This document shows, piece after piece, positions 9,901 to 21,128 of a stretch of 64,000 bases of DNA. Positions within the stretch are counted from its first letter, which is position 1, and every line of letters starts with the position of its first letter. Below the pieces are notes generated by a model. That model was not told the origin of the DNA, made no database searches, and saw nothing but the letters and a program-made list of their open reading frames with translations. A program made the translations under genes and the position numbers. The stretch spans positions 4,656-68,655 of the forward strand of contig DASSCF010000069.1 of assembly GCA_035698025.1 (NCBI GenBank), in the 5' to 3' direction. Source of the stretch: Gaiellaceae bacterium. GTDB lineage: Bacteria > Actinomycetota > Thermoleophilia > Gaiellales > Gaiellaceae.

Positions 9901-10164
9901 CCCGACCCGGTCGAGAACCTGTTCGCGATCCAGGAGGCGAAGCTGAAGCTCGCGCGCATCGGGGCCGACTACCTCGTCTTCCGCGGCGGTCGGGCGGTCG
10001 TCGGGCCGCTCGTGCTCGGCTCGGCGGAGCTACGCGACCTGCGGTCGTCGGCTCCGACGGCGGTGTACTCGAGTGCGAAGCGCGAGCTCACCCAGAGGGG
10101 CGACGGGTTCCCCCAAGCGCTCGCGCTGGTCGATGGTATCCTCGACCTACGGCTTTCCGCCTAG
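6943..10164 (+). CDS. mfd: transcription-repair coupling factor
   Basis: CarD/TRCF domain (DYVVHEDHGVGQL). Helicase motifs (PDQ..AI, LVAGDVGFGKTEVA, VIVDEEQRFG). C-terminal TRCF domain. The start is chosen at ATG 6943; ATG 7015 is possible. Confidence 0.92.
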   Translation: MDRPTSTRAPTLIPIARVVAEGDRMRELLDDPGETRVSEPIFPLFLAALHLARGGPLVVVLPDDAQARDAAEGASWFLGEERVGLFASRGVRWGSGLEPPPHLVGERARALEVLAAGGLVCASAVGAAEGIPPESSRPEPIVLRAGDEPGVEGLAEHLALAGYERVSQAEERGQFAVRGGLVDVFPSTGREPVRVELFGDEIESLRAFSPFTQRTLHELDEATVYPAAERIAGDEEPTLVDDEAGETAPVPGDLVAPLPTPHVVWDAGEVEEVVREELGATLALGDALLVSQLPAGQRHSFEAQRPAVAARGLSEAERDLLAFVRGGNRVVVTFAHLGEALRTKALLRRVEAVVVEPGDELPDEPGLVFAVSPARRGFVLRELGIALLPDTQVFRKRPPRADVRVGRALQSFADLRTGDYVVHEDHGVGQLLGFETKTVAGVTRDYLFLAFRGDDRLYVPHEQIAKVSRYVGANGHAPALSKLGGKAWQNIKNRARAGAHELAGELLALYAQRQRAEGIAYEADNELVERLEASFPFEETPDQRVAIEVVKEDLESARPMDRLVAGDVGFGKTEVAVRAAFVAVANGKQVLFLAPTTILAQQHWNTFRERYRDLPVTVELASRFRKPADVKRVLAEFAAGKVDVIVGTHRLLSRDVVPKDLGLVIVDEEQRFGVAQKELMRQLRLEVDVLALSATPIPRTLHMSLAGLRDISVIETPPQGRRPIRTHVGEYDEELVREALLREHRREGQSFFLHNRVETIEDAAEHLRQLVPELRVIVAHGQMPERELEGHMLSFLAGDADVLVSTTIIESGLDIPQANTLIVERADALGLAQLYQIRGRVGRSDEVAHAYLFYPDGQELTPEARARLATLADHTELGSGFAIAMRDLEIRGAGNLLGAEQSGHVAAIGFELYVELLGEAVAELSGTRRAVARPVRVDAQVDAYVPTDYMPAEAQKIDLHRRLALVESEDELRELHAATEDRFGPVPDPVENLFAIQEAKLKLARIGADYLVFRGGRAVVGPLVLGSAELRDLRSSAPTAVYSSAKRELTQRGDGFPQALALVDGILDLRLSA

Positions 10165-10177
10165 TTGGTCGCCCACC

Positions 10178-13323
<3,146 letters not shown>

Positions 13324-13461
13324 CACGCGGCCACGCGGGCCGGCACACGCTCGGCTCACTTCGGCGCGCCACGCGCGCGGTATTTCGTCGTAGTGTCGAA
13401 ATTGGGGGCTCCCCCGGGTGCCCGAGATGCCCCTGCGGGAGCGGCCTCCGGGCGCGCTAAC

Positions 13462-14889
13462 GTGCGTGCTGTGTCGCACGGGCATCGCCGTACGAAGATC
13501 GTCTGCACGATCGGGCCGGCGACGTCGTCCCCCGCCGCCGTCGACCGGCTCGTCGAGGCGGGCATGGACGCCGCCCGGCTCAACTTCTCGCACGGGACGC
13601 ACGAGGAGCACGGCGAGCGCGCGCGGGTCGTCCGCGAGGCGCAGGAGCGCGCCGGCCGGCCGCTCGCGCTGATCGCCGACCTCCAGGGGCCGAAGCTCCG
13701 CGTCGGCGACATCGACACGCCGAGGATCCTCGTCGAGGGCGACTCCGTGGTCCTCAGCGGTGGGGACAACGGCTCGACGGGCGACCTGCCCGTGCTGCCG
13801 GCGGTGCTCACCCAGGTGCTCCAGCCCGGCCACGAGGTGCTGATCGACGACGGCCTCGTCCGCCTGCGCGTCGAGGAGGTGGACGGCGAACGCGTCCGGA
13901 CGGTGGTCGCGGTCGGCGGCGCCGTCGGCGCGCACAAGGGCGTCAACGTCCCCGGCGTTCCCATCCCGGTCCCGTCGGTGACGGAGAAGGATCTCCAGGA
14001 CCTCGAGTTCGCCCTCTCGCTCGGAGTCGACTACGTCGCGCTCTCGTTCGTTCGCTCGGCGGAGGACTGCCGCGGCCTGCGCGAGCTCCTCAACGCCGCG
14101 GACGCGAAGGCCCTCGTGATCGCGAAGGTCGAGAAGGCAGAGGCCCTCGAGGAGCTCGACGCGATCGTCAGCGCCTCCGACGCGGTCATGGTCGCGCGCG
14201 GTGACCTGGGGGTCGAGATCGGCCCCGCCGCCGTGCCGCTCGTGCAGAAGCGCGTCATCCTCTCCGCCCTCGAGCACGGGAAGCCGGCCATCACCGCCAC
14301 GCAGATGCTCGAGTCGATGATCACGCGGCCGGAGCCGACCAGGGCGGAGGCGAGCGACGTCGCCAACGCGATCCTGGACGGGACCTCGGCCGTCATGCTC
14401 TCCGGCGAGACCGCGGTCGGCCAGTACCCGTTCGAAAGCGTGACCTTCATGGACAAGATCGCTCGCGTGATCGAGCCGAGCGTCGCTTACCGCCACGAGC
14501 TCGCCCAGGCAGCCGACCAGCCGTTCCCGACCGTCGGCGAGGCGATGTCGAACGCCGCGTGCGACATCGCGGAAGTGCTCGGAGCCGCGGCCATCCTCGT
14601 CCCCACGTACTCGGGCCGCACGGCGTCGGCCGTCGCGCGCCACCGGCCGCGCCGGCCGATCATCGCCGGCACGCACAAGCGCCAGGCGGTGCAGCAGCTC
14701 GCGCTCGAGTGGGGCGTGGTCTCCGCGGAGATCGAGGAGGCGAAGAACGTCGACGACCTCTGGGCCCGCGCGCTCGAGGCCGCGCGCCAGACGGGGCTCG
14801 TGAACCCCGGCGACCGGATCGTCATCACCGCCGGCACCGCGGTCAACGTGCCGGGCACCACGAACGTCATCAAGGTCGAGACCGCCTGA
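13462..14889 (+). CDS. pyk: pyruvate kinase
   Basis: Motifs RRTKIVCTIGPA, NFSHG, MVARGDLGVEI and TQMLESM. Codons 13393-13461 have a visibly lower GC3, so GTG 13462 (or 13471) is preferred over 13393. Confidence 0.93.
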   Translation: MRAVSHGHRRTKIVCTIGPATSSPAAVDRLVEAGMDAARLNFSHGTHEEHGERARVVREAQERAGRPLALIADLQGPKLRVGDIDTPRILVEGDSVVLSGGDNGSTGDLPVLPAVLTQVLQPGHEVLIDDGLVRLRVEEVDGERVRTVVAVGGAVGAHKGVNVPGVPIPVPSVTEKDLQDLEFALSLGVDYVALSFVRSAEDCRGLRELLNAADAKALVIAKVEKAEALEELDAIVSASDAVMVARGDLGVEIGPAAVPLVQKRVILSALEHGKPAITATQMLESMITRPEPTRAEASDVANAILDGTSAVMLSGETAVGQYPFESVTFMDKIARVIEPSVAYRHELAQAADQPFPTVGEAMSNAACDIAEVLGAAAILVPTYSGRTASAVARHRPRRPIIAGTHKRQAVQQLALEWGVVSAEIEEAKNVDDLWARALEAARQTGLVNPGDRIVITAGTAVNVPGTTNVIKVETA

Positions 14890-14902
14890 CCCTCCGAAGC
14901 GG

Positions 14903-14919
14903 GTCGGACTCCGTCCGAC
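14903..14919 (+). terminator. short hairpin downstream of pyk (GTCGGAC-tcc-GTCCGAC)
   Basis: A perfect 7-bp stem with a 3-nt loop lies 14 nt after the pyk stop. There is no T-tract, so this is weak evidence. Confidence 0.3.
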
Positions 14920-14979
14920 GCCCTCCGTACAGTTCCCTCCGCCGCGGGAAGGAGGCCAAGGGCTGCGGTCGAAGTTCGC

Positions 14980-15339
14980 ATGCCCATGGCAGCCCGGGGT
15001 CGCCGCCGTTCATCCAAACGTCCCTCGAAGTCCGCGCTCGCACTTCGCTGGATCGGCGTTGCCATCCTCCTGGTCGTGGCGGCCGGCTACGTCCAGCCGA
15101 TCCGGGCCTACCAGCAGGCACAGGACGACGTCGCCGTGCGCCGCGCGCAGGTGGAGCGCATGGAGCAGCGGAACGAGCGCCTGGAGAAGAAGCTCGAAGA
15201 GGCCGACACGAACGAGTTCATCGAGCGCTCCGCGCGCCGCCTCGGGCTGGTCAAGCCGGGCGAGCGTCTCTTCACCATCACGGATGTGGACGAGTGGAAA
15301 CGCGACCGCCAGGGCCGTTCGGGGACGCGGATACCATGA
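14980..15339 (+). CDS. septum formation initiator family protein (FtsB/DivIC-like)
   Basis: Basic N-terminus, one TM helix (IGVAILLVVAAGYV), then a coiled coil and the motif ERSARRLGLVKPGE. The eno-proximal position is typical of Actinobacteria. Confidence 0.75.
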   Translation: MPMAARGRRRSSKRPSKSALALRWIGVAILLVVAAGYVQPIRAYQQAQDDVAVRRAQVERMEQRNERLEKKLEEADTNEFIERSARRLGLVKPGERLFTITDVDEWKRDRQGRSGTRIP

Positions 15340-15343
15340 TCGG

Positions 15344-15823
15344 GTGGACGACGGGAGGGTGGTCTCCTGGCAGCTCGGACGTCCCGCTCGGTCGTTTCGG
15401 CGGGTGGCTGTCCGCTGTCCGCACGGTTATCCCGCGGTTACGGAGCAGGCGCCGTTCGACGACGACGGCCGGCCGTTCCCGACGACGTACTACCTGACCT
15501 GTCCCTGGCTCGTCGCCGCGCTCGCGCGGGTCGAGGCGGCCGGAGGCGTCGAGCGCTGGTCGCACGAGGCCGAGGCCGACCCCGATCTCCACGCGAGCCT
15601 CGAGCGGGCGGATCGCGAGCAGCGGGAGCTTCGCCCCGAGCTCGACGTCGGAATCGGGGGCACGAGGGCGCCCGGCAACCTCAAGTGCCTCCACGCGCAC
15701 GCCGCGTTCGCGCTGGCGCGGCCCGGCTACGAGCTCGGCGAGGCGGTGCTCGCCGAAGCAGGGGAGCGCTGGTGCCCGGACGCGCGTTGCGGGGCCGCCG
15801 TGAACGGGAACGGGACCGCGTGA
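15344..15823 (+). CDS. DUF501 domain protein
   Basis: CPHGYP...PFPTTYYLTCP...LKCLHAH motif series. It follows the FtsB-like gene as in mycobacteria and streptomycetes. GTG 15344 lies 5 nt after the upstream stop. Confidence 0.7.
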   Translation: MDDGRVVSWQLGRPARSFRRVAVRCPHGYPAVTEQAPFDDDGRPFPTTYYLTCPWLVAALARVEAAGGVERWSHEAEADPDLHASLERADREQRELRPELDVGIGGTRAPGNLKCLHAHAAFALARPGYELGEAVLAEAGERWCPDARCGAAVNGNGTA

Positions 15824-16134
15824 TGCTCCAGGCGGCCCGTCACCAGTGGGACGAGGGACTGCGTCGGCTCGGCGCCGAAGGCGAGGACACGGCGCGCTCC
15901 CGCCACCTCTGGATCCTGATCGAAGAGGTCGTCGCCGAGCTGCGCCGGCGCGTCGGGCAGACTTTCACGCTCGCCGACCTCGCAGGCGTCTACGAAGGAT
16001 CGGAGGACTGGGTCCGCGACATCGTCGTCCGGGCGACCCCGCCGAAGGCGCGGGCAGGCCTCAAGGATTCCGCTCTCGTGCAGGACGCCGCCTTCGCCCA
16101 CTACGCGCGCGGCGCGACGGACTACCGGCCTTAG
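15823..16134 (+). CDS. hypothetical protein (103 aa)
   Basis: ATG 15823 shares 1 nt with the DUF501 stop (TGATG). GC3 is high. I recognise no motif. Confidence 0.5.
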   Translation: MLQAARHQWDEGLRRLGAEGEDTARSRHLWILIEEVVAELRRRVGQTFTLADLAGVYEGSEDWVRDIVVRATPPKARAGLKDSALVQDAAFAHYARGATDYRP

Positions 16135-16138
16135 CGGG

Positions 16139-16381
16139 ATGGCGATGAACGCGAGGGCTCGGGAACGCGAACGCGCGCGCCGCTCGTCGACGGGCCGCCG
16201 CGTGGCGGTCTGGATCCTGCGGCTGGCCGTCCTCGCGGTCGTCTTCCTGGCGGGCCTCGCGATCGGTCGCGCCGTCGAGCAGGCGCCGGAGCCCGGCGGG
16301 ACACAGACGATCGTGCGCACGCTCGAGCCGCTGACGGTCGAGCCCCGGGAGCGCACCGTGACCGTCACGACCGGAGGCTAG
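16139..16381 (+). CDS. hypothetical membrane-anchored small protein
   Basis: 80 aa with a basic N-terminus and one TM helix (VAVWILRLAVLAVVFLAGLAIG). Confidence 0.45.
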   Translation: MAMNARARERERARRSSTGRRVAVWILRLAVLAVVFLAGLAIGRAVEQAPEPGGTQTIVRTLEPLTVEPRERTVTVTTGG

Positions 16382-16451
16382 ACGGGGGTCCAGGGTTTCG
16401 GGCTCGGCCGGGAAGAAAGGTCAAGATTTGGTAGATTTTTTGTTGCGGCCA

Positions 16452-17057
16452 ATGCCAGGCAACGGACAGCGGGAGTCCGGCGGCTCGGGGCAGTCGACGG
16501 ACGTCGGCCGGGAGTGGCTTACCCTCGGCCAGGCAGCCGCCTTTCTCGGGGCGGCTCAGTCCACCGTGCGCAAATGGGCTGACCGGAAACTCCTACCGGC
16601 TTTTTACACACCGGGCGGCCACCGCCGGTTCCGCCGCGCCGACCTGGAGGCGTTCCTCGCCGGCGGGCCGACCGCCTCACAGGGCGGTCAGACGGCCGCG
16701 GCGCGCGTGCTCGTGGTCGACGACGACGCGGGGCTCCGTGACTTCATCAGGGCCAACCTCGAGGCGGACGGTTACGCCGTTCGCGAGGCGGGGAGCGCCG
16801 ACGAGGGCCTCGCCGCGCTCGACGAGGAGCCGCCCGATCTGATCCTGCTCGACGTGCAGATGCCCAAGATGGACGGCTGGGAGATGCTCAGGCGGGTCCA
16901 GGAGCGGCACGGCGTCGATGCCATCCCGGTGATCATGTACAGCGGGAAGCTCGACCAGGCCGGGGAGGCCGAGTCGCGCGGCGCTCAGGCGTTCATCGGC
17001 AAGCCGCTCGACCCCGGCCGACTCCTGGCCGCCACGAAGCAACTGCTACGGTCGTAG
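16452..17057 (+). CDS. response regulator with N-terminal excisionase/MerR-type HTH and C-terminal receiver domain
   Basis: HTH region: LTLGQAAAFLGAAQSTVRKWADRKLLPAFYTPGGHRRF. Receiver motifs: VLVVDDD, LILLDVQMPKMDG, PVIMYSGK. ATG 16452 is preferred over TTG 16428. Confidence 0.8.
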   Translation: MPGNGQRESGGSGQSTDVGREWLTLGQAAAFLGAAQSTVRKWADRKLLPAFYTPGGHRRFRRADLEAFLAGGPTASQGGQTAAARVLVVDDDAGLRDFIRANLEADGYAVREAGSADEGLAALDEEPPDLILLDVQMPKMDGWEMLRRVQERHGVDAIPVIMYSGKLDQAGEAESRGAQAFIGKPLDPGRLLAATKQLLRS

Positions 17058-17059
17058 CC

Positions 17060-17626
17060 CTGCAAGGGCTGGACCGCGACGTCTTCACCTGGGTCGTCGA
17101 GCATCGCGCCGCGCCGTTCGACTGGCTCTTCGTCGGCCTTTCGGCGGCCACGTACGGGGCCGTGCTCTGGATCGTCCTCGCCGGGCTTCTGGCAGTGGCG
17201 GCCGGCAAGCCGCCCGCCCGCGTCGCCCTCATCACTGCCGCGACGGTCTGGACGGCCGATCTCCTCGCATCGCTGCTGAAGATCGCTTTCGACCGCGAGC
17301 GCCCATACGAGGTTATTCCGCAGGCCGACCCGCTCCTGCGTTGGGACATCAGCAGCGCGATGCCCTCGGGGCACGCGTCCGCGAGCGCGGCGGCGGCCGT
17401 GATCCTCGGTTATCTCCTGGGCGGGCGCTGGGGCTGGGCGGTGGCGCTGCTCGCGGTCGCGGTCGGCTTCGCCCGCGTCTACATCGGTGTCCACTATCCC
17501 TCCGACGTGCTCGCGGGAGCTGCCGTCGGCGCCGGTGTGGGGCTCGTCGCGGTCGCGCTCGTCAGGCGTCTTCAGCCGACTTCAGCAGCCCGGCCACGAT
17601 CAGCAGCAGCGAAGCCAGAAGGCTGA
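17060..17626 (+). CDS. PAP2-family phosphatase (phosphatidic acid / undecaprenyl-PP phosphatase type)
   Basis: Motifs KIAFDRERPY, PSGHAS and VYIGVHYPSDVLAG. The first canonical start is GTG 17162. The family-typical N-terminus (LDRDVFTWVVEHRAAPFDWLF) lies upstream and is reachable only from CTG 17060 or 17069. Confidence 0.75.
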   Translation: MQGLDRDVFTWVVEHRAAPFDWLFVGLSAATYGAVLWIVLAGLLAVAAGKPPARVALITAATVWTADLLASLLKIAFDRERPYEVIPQADPLLRWDISSAMPSGHASASAAAAVILGYLLGGRWGWAVALLAVAVGFARVYIGVHYPSDVLAGAAVGAGVGLVAVALVRRLQPTSAARPRSAAAKPEG

Positions 17627-18032
17627 TCCAAAGGCCGATCCCGCGGCCGACCGCCGGCTGGAACGTCTCGGGGATGTCGATGAGCCGGATGAGGACGAGG
17701 ATCGTCGCCGTCAGGCCGAGGCCCGCTATCACCATGCCGTCGGGAATGCTCGGCGGGAGCTCGACGCCGAAGGCGCGCAGGCCGAGGAGGAGCAGCACGG
17801 CGAGCCCGATGACGAAGACGAGCTTGCCGATCGTCCCGGTGTTCCAGCCGAGGACCGAAAGCCGCCCGCGAAGGTCACCGGACACGGAGTACCAGCCCAT
17901 GAAGGAGCTGAGCGTGAGGACGAGCCCGGCGAGCCAGGCGAGGAGCTCGCCGGTGCGCCAGAGCCCGGCCGCCTGAGTCCCGGAGCCGGCGGCCAGCCGG
18001 ACTCCTCCCGTCGTTCCCGGCACGTCCTCCAC
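17562..18032 (-). CDS. integral membrane protein, unknown function
   Basis: 156 aa with about four hydrophobic helices and high GC3. Its 3' end overlaps the PAP2 gene by 65 nt (convergent). Confidence 0.55.
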   Translation of the reverse strand: MEDVPGTTGGVRLAAGSGTQAAGLWRTGELLAWLAGLVLTLSSFMGWYSVSGDLRGRLSVLGWNTGTIGKLVFVIGLAVLLLLGLRAFGVELPPSIPDGMVIAGLGLTATILVLIRLIDIPETFQPAVGRGIGLWISLLASLLLIVAGLLKSAEDA

Positions 18033-18039
18033 GCGGTCC

Positions 18040-18291
18040 CTACAGCCCGAAGAGCGACCCGATCTTTTCCCAGATCGAGAGGCTGAGGAAGAGCGTCAGG
18101 AAGATCAGGACGCCGATGAGGAACAGGAACCGCAGGCTCGCGAGCCGCTGCTCGTGCTTGTGGTCGATGGCGGCCTTCCGCTTCGCGCGCTCCTTGCGGA
18201 GACGCCGCTGAACCGCATGCGGATCGAGCGGCGGCGGATCCTCGATCTGGGGCTCTTCCCAGTCGACCTTGCGCGGTGCAGGTGCTGCCAT
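18040..18291 (-). CDS. small tail-anchored membrane protein (83 aa)
   Basis: Internal ATG of the 209-aa ORF. A charged N-terminal half (RKERAKRKAAIDHKHEQ) precedes a C-terminal TM helix (FLFLIGVLIFLTLFLSLSIW). Confidence 0.5.
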   Translation of the reverse strand: MAAPAPRKVDWEEPQIEDPPPLDPHAVQRRLRKERAKRKAAIDHKHEQRLASLRFLFLIGVLIFLTLFLSLSIWEKIGSLFGL

Positions 18292-18376
18292 GGCACGCGA
18301 TTGTTGCCGTTCACGCCGGATGCTGCAAGCAGAGCCGGCCTTTCGCAGGGCCTCCGTGGAGGGCGATAATGACGCT

Positions 18377-21124
18377 GTGGAGCGGGTTCCGCCACCCCCC
18401 GGCGAGGTCGACCCCGCAACCAGCGAGGCGGCCGGCCACGCCCTGACCGCCTTCGCGGCCGCCGCGCTCGAGCTCGTCCGCGGCGAATCCGCCGATCCGG
18501 GCCTGCGCGCCCTTGCGCGCGCGGTCGCCCTCGGCACCGGCGCCGAGCTCGTAATCGCGCGGGTGGTCGTGAACGGCAACGGGCTCGTCGCGCGCGCCGT
18601 GCACTCGGACTCGCCGGCGCTCACGGCCGAGCTGGAGGGAACCCGGATGCCCGTCGCGGATGCCGGCACGGCGGAGCTCGACCTCGGCGACGCGCCCAGC
18701 GACCGGTCCGCGCCCGAGGCCGTACGGCATGCCGCCTCGCGGGCAGGCGCGCCGATCGCCTGGTTCGTGCCCGTCGCGCCCGAGGGCGAAGTCGTGGGCG
18801 CGCTCGAGCTCTACCGCTCGGGGCTGCCCTTCGGGCCGGACGAGCAGGCGCTTGCCCGCGCCGCCGCGGCGCACCTCGCGCTCGCGTTGCGCCTCGACCC
18901 CGGGCCGAACGGACACGAAGAGCTGTCGCTCACGCAGCTCGAGCTGCTCGGCGAGGCCCTCGCCGCCGGCGCCGACGAGGCCGAGGCGGCCGAGCAGATC
19001 GTGCGGGTCGCCGTCGAGGCCGCCGAGTCGGTGGGCGCGCTCCTGTGGCGGATCGAGCCGGAGTCCGCTCCGACGTTCCTCGCCGCAGAGGGCTTCGGCG
19101 GGGACACACCCGATCTGATCGACCTTCCCGAGCACGTCCGCCGCGCCGTCGACGCGGACGACGAGACTCCCGCTGAAGTGGGGCCGTGGCTCCTGCACAC
19201 CGTCCCGCTCGGCGAGCCTCCCGTCGCCGCGCTGCAGCTCGCCTTCGAGCGCGACCACGCCGGCGAGCCGGAGCTGGCGCGGCTCGCGCCCTTCGCGGCC
19301 GGCGCCGCCCTCGCGCTCAGGCGCAGCCGCCGCGTCAGCCTGATCGCCCTGGCGCTCAAGCGGTCGCAGACCCTCGTTGCGGTCGTCAGCCAGGCGATTG
19401 CCCAGCTCTCCCTCACGCACACGCTCGAGACCGCCGTGGACCGGGTCGCCGAGCTGACCTCGAGCGGCCACGTGGGGATCTACCTCCAGGAGGGGAGCCA
19501 CCTCGTCGACGCGGCCTCGCGCAACCTCGCCGGCCCGCACACCGACCTCGCCGAGCGGTTGCTGGAGCTCGCCCTCGGCCCCTTCCGCAGCCGCGGCTTC
19601 CTCTTCATCGAGGACATGAGGAACGACCCCAGGCTCGCCGGCCTCGGTCCGGCCCTCATGCAGGCCGGCATTCGCCGCGCGCTCTTCATCCCCCTGCTCG
19701 TACGCGACGAGGTCATCGGCGCCCTCGGCGTCTTCAAGACCCGCCCGCGTCCCTACCGCGAAGGCGAGGAGGGGCTGCTGATCGCGCTGTCGAGCCAGCT
19801 CGCCGTCGCCGTGCAGAACGCGCGGCTGCACGAGCGCACCAAGGAGCTGTCGGAGATCCTCGAGCAGACGCTCGAATCCGAGCGCCGTGCCGCGCGGCAG
19901 GTGCGCGGCCTCTACGAGATCAGCCAGTCCTTCACCGAGAGCCTGTCCCTCGAGGCGACCCTCGAGGCCGTCGCCCGCACGATGGTCGGCCTGCTCGAGG
20001 CCGACGTCGCGGTCATCCGCATGCCCGACCCGCGGACGGGAGGGCTCACGGCGCGGGCCGTCCACGTCGCCGACCCGCGGCTGGCCGACGTCGTCGAGGC
20101 GCTGGCCGCGCGCACGCAGCCGCTCTCGGCGCCGCTCGCGCGCGCGCTCCTCGAGCCCAAACAGGCGGTGATGCTCCGTCCGGGCACGTTCGGCTCGGAC
20201 GACGTGCATCGGATCCTCGAGCCGTTCCTCCGCCGGGGCGCCTCGGCGGCCGTGCTCCCGCTGGCGACGCCGGGGGAGGTGCTCGGGACCCTGACGGTCG
20301 TGTCCTTCGACCCGACCAGGCCGCTGGAAGCGGACGACGTCGACGTGGCCCTCGCGGTCGGCGCACAGGCCGCGCTCGCGATCGACAACGCACGCCTGTA
20401 CCAGCAGCAGAAGGACTTCGCGGAGGCGATGCAGCGCTCGCTGCTCCCGCGCGCGCTCCCGCGGGTGCGCGGCCTCGACGTCGGCCACGTCTACCAGTCG
20501 TCCGCGCGCGTGGACGTGGGCGGCGACCTCTACGACTTCGTCGTGCTCGAGGACGGGCGGCTCGCGGTCGCGGTCGGCGACGTGCTCGGCAAGGGCATCT
20601 CGGCCGCGGCGGACATGGCGATGACGAAGTTCAGCTTCCGCGTCCTCGCGCGCGGGGACGCCGAGCCGTCCGCGGTCCTCGCGAGCGCGAACGACGTGGT
20701 CTGCGAGGAGATCGAGCCCGGCAAGTTCGTCACGCTGCTCTACGCTGTCGTCGACCCGGCGGCGCGGGAGCTGGCGTGCGGGAGCGCGGGCCACCCACCG
20801 GCGAGGATCGTCGGGCCCTCCGGGCACGTGAGGGCGCTCGACGTCAGGGGCATGGCGCTCGGCATCGAGCCCGACCAGGAGTACGACTCCGAGCGGGTCC
20901 AGCTCGAGCCCGGCTCGGTCATCGTCCTCTACACGGACGGCGTGATCGAGGCACGGCGAGACGGCGAGCTCTACGGGGAGGAGCGGCTCGACCGTCTGCT
21001 CGCCCGGCGGCACGACCTCCCGGCGCAGGAGCTGGCGGACGCGATCCTCGACGACTGCCGCCGCTTCGCCGGCGGCGACGTCTCGGACGACTGCGCCATC
21101 GTCTGCCTCAAGCTGGCACGCTGA
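18377..21124 (+). CDS. multi-GAF PP2C/SpoIIE-family serine phosphatase
   Basis: C-terminal PP2C motifs: VGGDLYDF, AVGDVLGKGISAAADMA, GHPPA, LYTDGVIEA. The upstream two-thirds is GAF-like (e.g. FIEDMRNDPRLA...FIPLLVRDEVIGALGVF). The start is ambiguous; GTG 18377 follows GATAAT by 6 nt and marks the rise in GC3. Confidence 0.85.
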   Translation: MERVPPPPGEVDPATSEAAGHALTAFAAAALELVRGESADPGLRALARAVALGTGAELVIARVVVNGNGLVARAVHSDSPALTAELEGTRMPVADAGTAELDLGDAPSDRSAPEAVRHAASRAGAPIAWFVPVAPEGEVVGALELYRSGLPFGPDEQALARAAAAHLALALRLDPGPNGHEELSLTQLELLGEALAAGADEAEAAEQIVRVAVEAAESVGALLWRIEPESAPTFLAAEGFGGDTPDLIDLPEHVRRAVDADDETPAEVGPWLLHTVPLGEPPVAALQLAFERDHAGEPELARLAPFAAGAALALRRSRRVSLIALALKRSQTLVAVVSQAIAQLSLTHTLETAVDRVAELTSSGHVGIYLQEGSHLVDAASRNLAGPHTDLAERLLELALGPFRSRGFLFIEDMRNDPRLAGLGPALMQAGIRRALFIPLLVRDEVIGALGVFKTRPRPYREGEEGLLIALSSQLAVAVQNARLHERTKELSEILEQTLESERRAARQVRGLYEISQSFTESLSLEATLEAVARTMVGLLEADVAVIRMPDPRTGGLTARAVHVADPRLADVVEALAARTQPLSAPLARALLEPKQAVMLRPGTFGSDDVHRILEPFLRRGASAAVLPLATPGEVLGTLTVVSFDPTRPLEADDVDVALAVGAQAALAIDNARLYQQQKDFAEAMQRSLLPRALPRVRGLDVGHVYQSSARVDVGGDLYDFVVLEDGRLAVAVGDVLGKGISAAADMAMTKFSFRVLARGDAEPSAVLASANDVVCEEIEPGKFVTLLYAVVDPAARELACGSAGHPPARIVGPSGHVRALDVRGMALGIEPDQEYDSERVQLEPGSVIVLYTDGVIEARRDGELYGEERLDRLLARRHDLPAQELADAILDDCRRFAGGDVSDDCAIVCLKLAR

Positions 21125-21128
21125 TCCC

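Noticed and set aside
18288-18293. CCATGG giving back-to-back overlapping start codons for the divergent small membrane protein and the PP2C gene
   Set aside because: For the plus-strand gene, codons 18290-18376 have an atypically low GC3. A better-supported start (GATAAT, 6 nt, GTG 18377) lies downstream, so the overlap is probably coincidental.
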